Source: the human T2T-CHM13v2.0 reference genome, Homo sapiens
Length of the DNA: 64,000 nucleotides
Direction: 5' to 3' (one strand)
Assembly (NCBI RefSeq): GCF_009914755.1
Contig: NC_060935.1
The notes beneath the pieces are model-generated. The model had not been told where the DNA came from. It saw only the letters and a list, made by a program, of their open reading frames with translations, and ran no database searches. Below are positions 39,033 to 53,259 of the stretch, piece by piece. Both the position numbers and the translations under genes were made by a program. Numbering within the stretch: the first letter of the stretch is position 1; each line of letters begins with the position of its first letter.

Positions 39033-42000
39033 TACCTTGCTTTTAAATTGTTTTTAATTTTGTTATTTTATTCTTTCATTAATTCAAATATATATCTATA
39101 TAGAGAGAATGCCTATCATATTCTAGACACTAACAATTAAAGATGAGTTAGTGAAAAAACAAAAGTCCTGCCATCATTGCAGTAGCCTTATCGAGATACC
39201 AACCTCTGGACTTGTATGGACAGACCAAATGAAGCCTGCCAGCTTCTTTGTATCTTTTCTACCACCACGCATAAACCTCATGTCTTCTGTGGTCTTCTCT
39301 TCAACCCCACCTCCACTCCTCCTCAATCACTTAGTAGCCTAAATTCTGGCATAACTTCTAATTATCCTCCAGTATTTGTGATGTTTGGAAGTTGTTCTTT
39401 TTATTTAATTACGAGTTCTTGTGCTGAAATTGTCAACCATTTATTTCTGTTCACCAAAGAAGTAAACAGCTGGATACTTTCCATTCTGTAATTATATATC
39501 TGATCTATTGCTTCCCAAAGTGGTTAAATATAGATAAATGACTTCATACCTCACAATCAGAGAGCCCTCAGTAAAGTTTTGTTGCAGTATTGGGTTTTTC
39601 CCAGTTGTTTAGATCTCCTAAGATAAGTTACTAAATGAAATTATCTTTATATTGGTAATTTACTGTGCTCTGGCATGTGTGTGTATGTGAGCTCCTTGAT
39701 GACAAGGTTGGTGGTGACATTAGTATCCATGGCACCTACCCTCCAGCCTGCAATTACACAAAAGTGAAAATGGCTTTAAAACAAGTACAACTTCTAAGGA
39801 AAATTTAGAGAATTCAAAACTATGATTGAGAAGACCAAGAAAGTACATAAATACTTGATCCTAACTGGCCAGCAACCTCACAACCACATTCAGAGTTCCA
39901 GATAGAAAAATAGCTACCACTAACAGAAAACTAAAATGAGCTAAGCACTTGTGTGCCTTCCACCTACATAATCTAACTTCATTCTTCTGAAAGCTCTGTG
40001 AAGTAGATGCTATCATTCCTTTTTATCAATAAGGAATTATTTTCTCACAGCCCAGGAAGGGATAGGGCCTGGGTGTGGAGGTTGATGACTCCTACTTTCT
40101 GTCTTCAGCACCTACATGGAACACTTAGATGTTCTCTCTGGGTATCCTTAATGCCAAAAAATTACAAGGACAGCATAAACATAGGTAAATTTACTGAAAA
40201 ATGGAGAAAATATGTGCCTCTTTCCCTGCCTCATCTTCTATTCGGTGTTTATTTAACTGACTTGCCTGTTTTTAAACACAGTAAGAGGACCTCACTATTG
40301 TTTTTAATGAAAAAGTTATCAAGCATACATCCTATGAAACTGTATTTGACTGGACCTGTCCAGCTGCCATCAGCCAGAATTCAGAACTGAGACTTTCTTG
40401 TAAATCAGTAGCCAGTGTCAAGTCTGAAGTGAATTTTATATCTTTTACTTTTGTGAGTCATCACTTTTATGTTTCACTGAATTGCTTAAACCAACAGAAA
40501 ATATTTTTCCAGCTTAGCTTTTTTTTATTTACTCTCATGTTTGCACTTCATATGCTGTTTTACTTATCACACTCTGTTTTAAATAAATGATATATATTTT
40601 TCTACTTTAAAATTTAGAATGTTAAAAAAACAAACCAACCCACAAGAACAACAACAACCACTTCTGTTCTTTTGTGTTGGCTGGGTCTGCTGAAGAAAAA
40701 ACATTTCTTAAGAGACCTTGTCTCTTAAGAGACTGATGAACATAGCAGTGACATACAGGTAAGGGGAGAACAAAACTCTGAATGAGCCGCTTTCAGGCAA
40801 ACCTATGCCTATTTTATTTAAAGTTCTGTCTTACTCTTACAAGGAATTAAACCAATGTAATATGATTTCAGAATGATGATTCTAACACTGCACGTTAGAT
40901 AGTTAATGAAGATAAAATTTAGCCAATTTATAATTAGTCTTGTTCAGGGGCAGAGAAATGAACCACAAGGAATTTATAAATGCATTTTTTGTATTGATCT
41001 ATACCTTTTCCATGTATATTAAATTTTCCTTTCATTTTTTACAATATGCCTCTCAATCCAACAGTATTAGCTCCAATCACTTTTCTTTCTCGATTACCAT
41101 TTGTGGAGATGTAAAAGAGAGGCCAAACCACAGAGAATTGATGTGAGAAAGGAGGCAAAGTTTTAAAGCAGTTCTCTGTACTTTAAATAGACTAGCAAGT
41201 CAACAGAAGCATGTATGTTCAATCATAGTCTGTAGAAACAAAGAATCTAAATTTTTCCTATTCAATTTCAAACATAAAATTACATATCACATTACCCCAT
41301 CTCTCTCACCTTTGCTATCTGCTCTTGAAGCCATTATGCTTCTGTTTAGTTTTTCATTTTGTTGTGTTTTTTAGAGTTGTATTTTTTATTTTTAGAAAAT
41401 TCACATACATATTTTCTTTCTACTAAGACACCTGAAGAGTTTAATTTTCTAAATAAATTCTAAGAAAAATATATAATTTTCTCAGAAATAACAAAGACTC
41501 TTTTTCAGATGCATTCAGATCACCTCCCAATCAACTTATTATCTTAGTTTTTGTTACCTAAATTTCAAAGAAGTAATGACCATTAAAAAGTCATACATTT
41601 TAATAAAATAAATCTTGAATCTTGATTTTCCCATGCTTAATAAAATACAAGTGACCTTGTTTTGGATTATTAAGTTTAGGTACTCCATTTTGAATTAGAT
41701 GGAAAACTGTGAATGGTACAAGCAAGATGCCTTTAGTGTTAAAATTCAAATGCATGAAATTTACAGACAATAATTAATCCTCACTAGGAAACCCAATTCT
41801 GTATTATCTACATAGAAAGACTAAATTACAAAAATGTTTTTGGGGCCTATGATTTTTATATTTATTTTCTAGAATATTATTAATGCCAGAACAGATTCTT
41901 CATTATATATCTCATTATGTTAATTTAAAGGCAAATTATATGTTAGGTTTGTACTATCAAAAGTTTCTACTCTTAGGTAGTATAAATAGAAATAAGAACA

Positions 42001-43689
42001 TAGTTTTATTAACTGTCTCAAATAATTTTTTTAAAAAATTGCTAGGGAGATTTTCCTCTGATGTAACACAAACAATTTTTATTATGACTACTTTCCTTGC
42101 AGAAAATTGGCTAAATGGGCAACAAATATACAGTCTAATTCTTTAATGTGTACCTTGTAATCCAATTAGCATAAACATAGATGTACGTAGGATCTCTACT
42201 CAGGCTCAAATGTATTTTATCATAGCTTTGTCGTTAACAGTATACACAAAATATTTTCCCAGTAACAGGACCCAGAAAGCCTTGGAGAGAGATTCAGTGG
42301 GAGGTATTAATTTGGGATTGTACAAAGGAGAATACAGTGATGGTTTCACCCAAATGTCTCAATTCAGAATTCCCTATCTGGAATTATTTTTATTATTTTT
42401 GCTAGGAACAATCACTCTTCCAAGGTGAGAGATGGGGGAGGGGTCAAGAAGCCTGAGCGAGCATAAGCACAATGTCTGGACGGAAAATTTTCTTCTTAGC
42501 CTTCTGATTTTTAGAGAAAGTTTGTGATCAGCCTATGCCATGGGCTTTTCCACCTATAAATCCTAGCACTGGTGGTGATAGTCTCCTTCAGTTTCATGAA
42601 GCTAGCTGTGAAATACAATATGAAGGTTACTGGAAATTTTTTAGAGTTATTTTGAAAACTCAAAACATCTTGTGATGACTACATATTCAATAACTATTTT
42701 TTGAGTGCCTAGTAGGTGCCTAGCACTGGGATTAATATTGGAGACATAGAAACAACTATGACACAATCTCTGACTTTAAGAGTTTTTCAGTCTAGACAGT
42801 TTTTTTTAAAAAAAGTAAATGAAATATATGTGTTTAAGGCAAACAGCTGTGGTGAGAGGGAAAAAAAGGCATATTATACAGATGTGTCAGAGGGGGTAGG
42901 TTTCAAAATGTTCCATGGATGCTGGACATTATAGATTCATTTTATTTTCCTTTTAGAAAATGGGGAGAGATCATCCAGTAGAGATGTTCACCCCTGACCA
43001 CCCCTATTAGTTCAAGGTCTGATATGTAGAGAAACACAGAAAACTTGAGTATGGGAAGATAGAAGATACCTTTTTATTTTATTTTTTAGCCATTTTATTA
43101 TTTTGGTATTTTTTAATAAATCTATTTACATCTTTGTTCTTTCTTGTCTTTAATTATATTTTTATTCTAGTCACTTACTTTATCTTGAAGGAAGAAAAGT
43201 CACCTTATTAGATGACTCAAAATTTATCCCTTAGTTTTCTGAGTCATCCTTGAATCATAGATCGTGCAGTTCACACAGAAGAGAAAGTCAGGAATTAAAG
43301 AAGTAAATGAGAGCCTCCTGCTTGTCAGTGAATTATAAATCTCGCCATGGGCAATGACAGTTTCTCTGAAGCTGCGATTGACCACAATGCATGGGCTGAG
43401 TGGTCACTTGTGTCTTCATTTAACTAGCCCTTTCAAAGTGTCAAGAGCAATGGATTTATTTTTAAGTAAAAAATGATTGCAAAGAAATGTAGACAAAGGC
43501 AAAAGTATACGTTTGGAAGAAAGAACCTGACTTCCTTGTCTGTCTCTAATGACCTTGGATAAAACATTTAAGCCATCAGGGAAATAATTCAGCCTATTAC
43601 CCATCTCTAAATTCCAAGCTTAGGCTCATTTAGAAACAAACAAATAAAGGAATAATTTTTTTCAAAAAAAGATTATATTTTAAAATAAT

Positions 43690-43860
43690 AATAGTAATAC
43701 TAATATGAATAATAGCTTCTTTGTGTTGAGCATTTATGGGAGTCTAGGCCCTCCTTAATAACAATTTTACTTTTCTTATTGAAGTTTCACCATTCTGTGA
43801 GGGGACTACTCTTATAGATGAAAAACTGAGGCCTAGAGAGATTAAATAACTTTCCTAAAA
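43690..43860 (-). mobile_element. MIR
   Basis: 'ttatagatgaaaaactgaggcctagagagattaaataactttcctaa' core. Confidence 0.7.
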
Positions 43861-45287
43861 TCTCAATAATTTTTTTTTAAAAAAAGAAGATCCTCACTTC
43901 ATATTCCATGTTATTCTTGCTTCAAAATGCATGTAATGACTGTTTCATAGCCACCTTGGGTCTCAGCTAAGGTTCAAGTAGCAAACAACTCTGTTTCTCT
44001 TCTTGCTGGTGGGGTGTATTTCCAGGCTAACCTGGACGTCAATTATCAGTTTGGTAATTTATCCATCTCATTCTGCTCTTCCACTTCATGTGAATGAATT
44101 TATACCCCCAGCAATCTCAGAGCTCACAATGTCATAGCTATTGGACATCCCCTCTGGCTGCTTTCTGGGAATGTTCTCTAGCTTTCTAATCATTCCTAGA
44201 TCTCTAATTGATCACCAAAGACACCTGCATTTTCTGTTCCTGTTTTTGAGATCTCAGTCGTGCCAGGTCTTCTGCTTCCTCCAGTGACCTATCACAAAAT
44301 ACCTCTTCTGTGTGGTTTCCCTAGTCACCTTGTTCCTACCTCACAAAGTGGCTGTGAGAATAAGTGATATGATGTGTAGAAAAGTGCTTTAGAAATTTAA
44401 CACCCTTAATTTCCTCCTCACTGAAAGAGGGTTGAACTAGATATTCTTTAAAGTTCCTGTGGCTCCATGACTTCATTATCTGTGATTTATTAACTTGCAA
44501 TTTAAGTGCAAATTATTTCTGATATCAGACTTCTAATATCTTAGTTTATTGCTAAGGCAGATTCTAGCAGGCATTGTATAAACTGAATGGAGCATAGAAT
44601 ACACTCGAAGGAATTGAAAAGATTCTAACTTACTCTCAAACTGGTGCTTAGGTTACAATTTTTTTAAGGAATTCTTTGAATTTTCTTCAAACCATCTGCA
44701 GTAGATACATAATTATAGGTTAGCATTAAAGAAGTCAGGCCACTGCTTGAAATCATATATAACGGAGAAATTCTCTCTTCTGATTCTGACCTTGACCTGT
44801 TGCCTCATTTCTTTTTCTTCAATTTGGCTTATAATTGGATGTTGAACAAGGACCTTTTCAGCTCATCTGATCCCAAACGGAACATTTTCAGTTCTAACAC
44901 TGAATCTTAGGCATGAAGTGACAGCAGCTATGTTCACAACCGAAGTAATTGGGGTTTGAAAAAAACAGTTGAGTGCTTTATCCTAAGTTTGATATTATAG
45001 TTATGGTTTCAATATATGGACTATTTTTTGTGTAATGTACGTGCATTTAAAATTGTTCTATTTTCTCTTTTGATTCACAAGTATAAAAACTTCACACTTC
45101 TGGTATGTGTACTTGGTATTCAACCTTTCTTCAAGACATGTGAATGTTTTATATAATATCATTACAGTAGAATCATCTCCTCACACTTTTGAATCAACAC
45201 TTAAAGGTGCATAACTGTTGCAGTTTCTGAATTGTGACTTGTCATTCTTAATATGAAAATATAAATAATGCCTATCAAGTATAGGGT

Positions 45288-45476
45288 TTTTAAATTATTT
45301 ACTTTTTAAATTTACACATTGCAGTTGTACATATTTACGGAGTACAATTTGATGTCTTTGTGCATATCTGTGTTGTATAATAATCTAATCAGGGTAGTTA
45401 GTTTATCTATTACCTGATGCATTTATCATTTCTCTGCAGTGAGAACATTCAAAAGCCTCTCTGCTAGCAATTTTGT
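45288..45476 (-). mobile_element. L1MA 3' end fragment
   Basis: 'ttgtacatatttacggagtaca...aatcagggtagttag...atttatcatttct...gtgagaacattcaaaagcctctct'. Confidence 0.85.
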
Positions 45477-45986
45477 TGCATATCCTCAATTAGAAATGGG
45501 ATTGCTCATTTTTATTAGTGGTTTTAATTGAACTTTATAATAATGACACTATTATCACTTTTAGAGAAACAGATAAAGTATAATGACTAATAATTTTTTA
45601 CTAATCTGTAAAGATTTGTCCTCTTTTGCTTTATAAAATGCCACTTAAAGGATATCCATGGTGTTAAAAAATTAAGTGTGTTGCCTTAATACTAAATGTA
45701 GCTATCATTAAGGCAGCACTTCAAAAAGGTAGCAAATCCAGAATAGGAAGTACATTAATCATTTCCATGCCTTCTAAAATCAATCTCAGGATATATGTGT
45801 TTTTTTTCCCCCATGAATATCTTGTCCTTACCTTCCCTTATTTTCATCATGGATTGCACATGTGGAGTTTTGTAGTAACATCCCTCCTTTGATTTATGTA
45901 CAGATCTGACATGTAAGAAATATTAAACGTAACTATTTTCTGAACACTGATGCTATTTGCGCTAGCAAATAGATTTACAAAATCCT

Positions 45987-46171
45987 GGCCGAGCAAGGTG
46001 GCTCACACCTGTACTCCCAGTGCTTTGGAGGCTGAGGAGGCAGATCACTTGAACCCAGGAGGTTGAGGTTACAGTGAGCTATAATTGTGCTACTGCACTA
46101 CAGTGTGGGTGACAGAGCAAGCCCCAATCCCTTAAAAAATAGTAATAATAAAATGTTTTTAAAACACAAAA
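45987..46171 (+). mobile_element. Alu monomer (left-arm head fused to right-arm body)
   Basis: 'ggccgagcaaggtggctcacacctgt...gatcacttgaacccaggaggttgaggttacagtgagctat'; probable TSD ACAAAATCCT (45977-45986) / ACAATATCCT (46172-46181). Confidence 0.85.
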
Positions 46172-48399
46172 ACAATATCCTTAGTTCTTCATAATTGTCC
46201 GTGTTGCAATATTTTCATTTGGAAACATCCAAGTGGGTAAAAAGCAAGTTCATCAGGAAGATCACACACCAGTTGAAGGGCAGAGCCATGCCCTTGGGTG
46301 GGAGAGCACTTGAGCCCAGGAGGTTGAGGTTACAGTGAGACTCTGGTCCACCCAAGACCAAAGCTCAAGCTCTTCTCATATCCCACCGCTGATGCCTTTC
46401 TGAAGTCAAGGATTATGTATTCATAGTTTTAGATAACAGTGGATTCAATTACCTTCTACTTCTCTAACTTCTGAAGTTATGATATCATAGTTATAATTGC
46501 TTTTTCTCTGCATTCCTTTGGGCAGACAAATACAAATATGTTGTGGTAGCAGAAAACTGCAGTAAGAATAGCCTTTAGAGTCAACTTTGCTCAAAGTCTG
46601 ACTTTGCCTGTTAATATGCTTCTTGAAGCAGAATAAATGTGAAAACTTTAAAACCTAGGGCCTGGTCACAGTTTCAGATCAATTGTACGACCTTGAGCAA
46701 GTCATGTAACCTAGCAGAATTACTGTTTTGCCATCTGAAAAATTGTGATAATAATAGATAACATCTAAACACCATTCTATGAAGTTGAATGCAGTCACCT
46801 CCACAAGGCAGGCTGTGCTCTGAGAAAGAAAGTTATGGCATTCAATAAAATAAAAAGTAATAATAAATTCTTAAAATATGCATTTCTAAGATATTCACTG
46901 AAAATGTTTGGAGCAATTATTGTCCAAGGTATATTGTCTTTAATTAAAAACAAATGCCAGCCAGGTTTTATTACAGTCCATCTCAGCCAAGGATGACTTT
47001 CCTGTAATAGACCTGTTATATTTTGTGCAGATTAACAAAGAGCCATTGGGGAAAAGGAACTGTGCAGTGAGGGTGTTGGTAGGAAATGGAAAAACCCACC
47101 AGGGCACATTCTGTGTGTGGGTGCCTTTCAGATGACAGCACTTTTCACTGTGAGTTGTATTGGTTTTACTCTAAGCAAACACTAACTACCTTAACTGGGA
47201 TATTGTTCCAGGATCTTTAGATTTATCTGCCTGACAACAGGCATTCCTAATATGCCATGCTATAATTTTCTTGATGTTTCATTCAATTACAGCTACTCTT
47301 TTCATGAATCTTGGTAATTAGAATTTGAGGAATATTTCACATTTGATTTGAGATTTTGATTTTTTCAGCAACTTAGTAGCAGGAGTACTGTCAGCATTAA
47401 AGTATTTGTAATACTTTATGTAATTGTTTATTTAAAAGATAGAATAAAAATGATATGAGCAAAAGCATGTGGCATGCTGATTAAGGGAAGTTGCCTGTTA
47501 CATGATATTTTTCCAGTTACATTTTCCTCAGTTCTCATTGTCTCAGTATAGTTGTTTACATTATGAATGACCTAATATATAACTGGAAGACTTTCCTCAG
47601 CCTTATTTATTTTCCTCGAATAGTCTTCTGAATGCTGAACCCTAATGTGAGATCCATTATGCAGCACAGCTTATGTGATCCTACTGATGTAATGGATGTG
47701 TGTTGGAGAAAAGAAAAAAAAAAAAGCTTGTCTGAATGTCTGAGTATCACGCTCTTGATTGAAATGACATAAATTTATTGGCAATGAAGGTATTACCTAA
47801 TGTTAGGAGAGATAGTAAAATATTTTATTTAAAAGTCAGAGCCAAATAATCACAGGGATAGGCAATGAAAACTAAAATTACAAAGAACAAAGGCCAGTCT
47901 TTAAGTAGAATGCTCTATAACTGTAAGAACAGAATCCATTACAGACATCTATTGGTGATGCACATAAGTCAAACAATAACCATTCCTTAATGTCCCCCTG
48001 AAGGGACACAAAATGGTTTTGTGTTCTTGTTTATTTTGACACCTCGATTCTTTCTTTCCCCATACACTATACCTGCAATACTTTACATTCTTTGTCTGTT
48101 CTCAATTTCTACACATTAGGCCTTGAGGAGAGTGCTACTACTCTCAAAAGCTTAGACAGTCCATTTTTGGCCCATAAGTAAAAATCAACTTTCCTCTGCT
48201 CCGAACTCCCTAGCACTGTATTTCCATCTTTGATATAGCATTTTATTACTCTCTATCTTATATTGCAAATGTCTTACATTATAAATGTAAATTTTGATCA
48301 CTAATTTTTGTCATTGTATATCATTATTCCTGTTGTCTTTAGCTGAGTGGCAAACTTTCCCAACAATAATTTATTATTAATATTAATCTTGATGATTAA

Positions 48400-48955
48400 G
48401 CTGCATAGTACTTCTCTAAGGCCTCTCACGAGATTTCTATCAGATGTCCACTGAAGGCTGTTCAAGAGAGCTCGAGCTTACTCACATAGCTGTCAGTTGG
48501 CTGAGAACTCAGCTAAGCCTGGTGTCCACAGTACTACAATTGGCTTTTCCTTTGGGGTGACCGATTTGTCTTGGCTTGCCCAGAACATCTCAAATTTAGC
48601 ACTCAAAATCACATGTCCTGGCAACCCTCACAGTTTGGGACACAGTTTGCTGTTTAGTCACCCACTGCAGCTTAGGCTTCCCACAGCTTAGAGTTTAAGT
48701 TCCTTAGAACAGTACCCGCAGTGAGGATGTTCCAATAGGCTCTTACAGAAGCTCCAAGGCTTTTTATTACCTAAATTTAGATATGACATGACATCTCTTC
48801 TGCTGTATTTTATTAGTCAAACAAATTCCTAAGGCCAGCTTCAACTCAAGAGGAGAACTAAAGTCCACCTTGAGGGAGTGACAAGGTCACATTTCAGGAG
48901 AGTAATTGGAATGAGAGATATTGTTGTGGCCACCTTTGGAAGACACAGCCTGCCA
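48400..48955 (-). mobile_element. Ancient MaLR LTR (MLT1H/J-like), interrupted by MER81
   Basis: 'actcacatagctgtcagttggctgagaactcagct', 'catctcttctgctgtattttattagtcaaac...aaggccagc', 'gtggccacctttggaa'. Confidence 0.7.
48553..48665. mobile_element. MER81 hAT-Blackjack MITE
   Basis: Terminal inverted repeats GGGTGAC...GTCACCC, about 113 bp; internal 'tttagcactcaaaatc'. Confidence 0.8.
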
Positions 48956-49735
48956 AACCATGTATTACTTAATCTTCCGGAGGGCAGGATTTAAATAGAA
49001 TTACATTGCTGTTGTATATACCTGCCAGAGTGCCTGGCACTTAGTAAGCACTGGATAAGTGCTAAAAAATAAAGAAACAAGAATATATTTATCCTAAATG
49101 CACTATCGTTTCTTACTTGGATTAAAAAATACATTTTACTTGATTTGTGAAGGATTACTGCCTAATTTATGTGGTTGAAAGTGAAAAATTTCAATCAAGA
49201 CAGAGAGAAAGTTAAAGGGAAAATATCCTAGATAAAATCCATATTTGTTATTCCAAGATCAATGCTGAGCATTCTGGAATCTGTCAATGACTTCAGATCT
49301 TGGGCAGTGTTTTGACAGAATCATAGGTAATATTTGGAAGGACAGTAACTAATAGTGCTCTTAAGAAACTCAGGCAGTGTACTATCTATGCATCTACAAC
49401 TACAGGAATCAATAAAAATTAGACTAACAGGGAGCCACCATTTTTGTTTCAGAATTTTGTTTCACTCTTTTGATGCCCTGTGAAGAAGCATACTCTCAAG
49501 TTATTCAGGGATCGATACTTTGATGACCCAATGAGACATGTCATCCCTGTAGATAAACAGCCTTTCTCTCTCTTACTTAACATACCTTGGAGGTTATTTT
49601 TCCAAATGAACTGTAATAAATCCAAGGCCAAATTCTATAAACAAAATATTTAGTTGTCAATGATTCACAATTATATCATGTGTTAATGTCTCCTAAGTAA
49701 ATATTCATATGGAAACATTGGCCTTGATATTTTAA

Positions 49736-50080
<345 letters not shown>

Positions 50081-52840
50081 ACCACTCTTACAGATCCTTA
50101 GAAGATATTTTTCAGGCCTGGGAATTGCTGTGCTTCTCAAATTCTTACACAGAGGCAATTTTAATCTTTGTCAATATATAAGTCCAACTCTATTAGATTC
50201 TGAAAAAAAAAAAAAAAGCGTAGGTCACAGTTTGCAAGCATCTCTGATGGTTTTTATTACATGGGCCGAAGCACAGAAGTTCAGCTCTGTTGAGTATCAA
50301 CATTAAGTATATTTTACAGATCCGGATACCCTCTAATTGCTTTAAAATGTCAGGTGTTCCAAGAAGGAGCAAAGGAGCACAGGCACTGGGGAACTAATTG
50401 GTATTGGGACATGAAGCTTTTCTAGGTTAGCGGTTTACATTAGTCTCAGGTCAGTAATAACTCAAATTCATTCTCTTCGGGGGCAAAGCGCTCTATGAGA
50501 AATCAGGACTGGATGCAGTCCAGGTTCTGCTGGATGGTATGTGAACATCAAAACCAAAGTGCACCTGTCAATTTTTTTACATTAGAGGTTATTCATCATT
50601 GAGATATTTAACTTCAATGTTCAAATATTGCATTTTAGGAAATGAGTTTATGCCTCCCCATAGCCAGTTACAAAAGCAAGATCATAGCTATTTATAAATA
50701 AATGAAGCTAGGATCAGAACATTCCAGAGACTTCTGTAGAGATGATGCAGGACTGTAAAACAGCTTACTGCTTTGCCTATTCAATGAAGAGATGGCAAGT
50801 GAGACTGACACTGAAATTTAAGCCAGTCAATATTTATTGCTTTTGCTTTCAAGAAGCTTACATTCAACATAGGACAAGCCTCTGCTCCTGGGGCACCCTG
50901 GCTCCAGACTGAGACATGGAGTCAATTTGATAAGTTTAATCATTAAGAATGTTGAGAAATTTTTAGTAACATATTTATCTCAGTTTATCTAAGACAGCAA
51001 GTTCCATGTGCATATGGAAGTGTTACGCATACCTCCTCCTCTACATGCCAAAGTGACTCAGTTTTATCCATTTCATGGAGAATTTTTAAACTGCAGTAGT
51101 AGAACCTTATGGGATACTGGGAAATATCTCCCTTTTATCCGTTGCAGCTTCAAATGTTACAACACACAGGAATATAATCCCAAGGCACCAGCTTTATATT
51201 TCTTGAAGCATCAATTCAGTAACCTCCCACCTATCTTGCACTTTACTTTTCCTCTCTATATCAAACAATACAGTACTTTTAAAACTATTTCCTATGTGTC
51301 TACAAATACTCATAGATAAGAAAGAATAAGATGTAAAATCAGCTTTCAAGTTTTGTGGGTAAATTAAGAAAAGATTAATGCTGCTGAAGATAGGTAAAAT
51401 TCATAGAGGGTTTTCATTTGAACTAAACTTAATGAGAGATTTGTAGGACTTTTATGCAATAATAGGATCTAAGGAGGGTATTTCCAGTTTAGGGAACAGC
51501 AGCAGTGTAATCAATGATAATAGAATACAGTGACTATATAGGCAAATATACTGTTTATTACTGAGACCAAGTGGTTTATTAGCAAGTTAATGGAGTTTGG
51601 TTAAAGTAGACTGGTGCCTTATAACAGAGTGCCTAAAATGACATCTAGATATTTAGTCAGGAATCCATAAAGACAGTGGCTGTAAGCAATACGTTCTAAT
51701 TCTGTGTTAATCAAAAACAAATTTTGGGTAGGATTTTAGTGCCTCAGAGAGTCTAAAAAAACTACAGTTCTTGGCTGAGGAATCATCAAGAACCAGGTGT
51801 TCTCCGAGGAGTGGAATGTAGGAACCAAAACTATGTACAGTCACAGGAATAATCTGCTATTGATTGCTACGATATGCTGCAAAAATTTAAGGTCCACCTT
51901 TTCTGAATAAGTGGAACTCCAGCAATTTTTAAATCTCTGTTTTTCAGCTGAAGTGTCAAAATATGAAGAGGTTATGTCCAGTTGGTCTATGTGATCATGC
52001 TATGCTGTGATTAAGGAGAAATGAGACTATGGTTTATAGCTTGTTTTAGGGATGAAGTAGTAATTTCAATAAAAGAGTGCCATTATGAGTGCTATTAGAA
52101 AGATAAAATGGTTAGAGTCAAAAACAACACTTGTGCATTACGAAGGAGTAATTAAGGGCAGACATAAAGTGAAGTGTAAAAATATTAAATAGGTATACTA
52201 TATGTATAAGCATGTGTATAGATATATACATAAATCTATCTTTTTAAAATTTTAGTTATTAGCATTTGTCTTAACAGTTTATCCAGTAAACTGTTCATAT
52301 GTGCATTTGACTTTATTATTCAATGCATACAGGAATCTCCTGCACAGTAATGCACTCTATTGATATACAGTAAGTCTTCCCTCAAAGTAGTTCCATATGG
52401 GATAAAACACACTTTAATTTTCTCTAATCGAAACTCGTAGTCAGCGTACAGCCTATACATTCAAAGGTTCAGTGTTTCCCAAAGTATGTTGTGTGCTGTG
52501 GTTTCAAAGATTGTTGAGTGCAGATAAAGTTGTGCATACAAATGTAATCAGATTTTTGAAAAGAATAAGACATGATATGCTTCCAGAAGATAATAACTAC
52601 TTTTTGTGACAAAAATTAGCTAAGCATCAGACTCTAGATACGTGATAGGATTGCCCTTGTAGTTCATGGTTAGATCCTATGATAAATAAAGCAATAAAAG
52701 TGCGTTTTTCTTGCAGTGTTATTTTTGTTAAACTCCTGCATCTGTCTCCCATTGGTCTTATATGGTATCACATTAGAAATCAGTTTAGAGTGTAAGGAGT
52801 TATACTCACTTATTCTTTAGTCACATAGAAGATACTCATC

Positions 52841-53259
<419 letters not shown>

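Noticed and set aside
40007-40390. 127-aa plus-strand ORF
   Set aside because: Begins in MIR-like sequence, has no domain and no splice support.
46984-47004. CAGCCAAGGATGACTTTCCTG resembles plant miR169 as I recall it
   Set aside because: No complementary star arm or precursor hairpin is visible nearby and the flanks are primate DNA; a 16-nt match is plausible by chance at genome scale.
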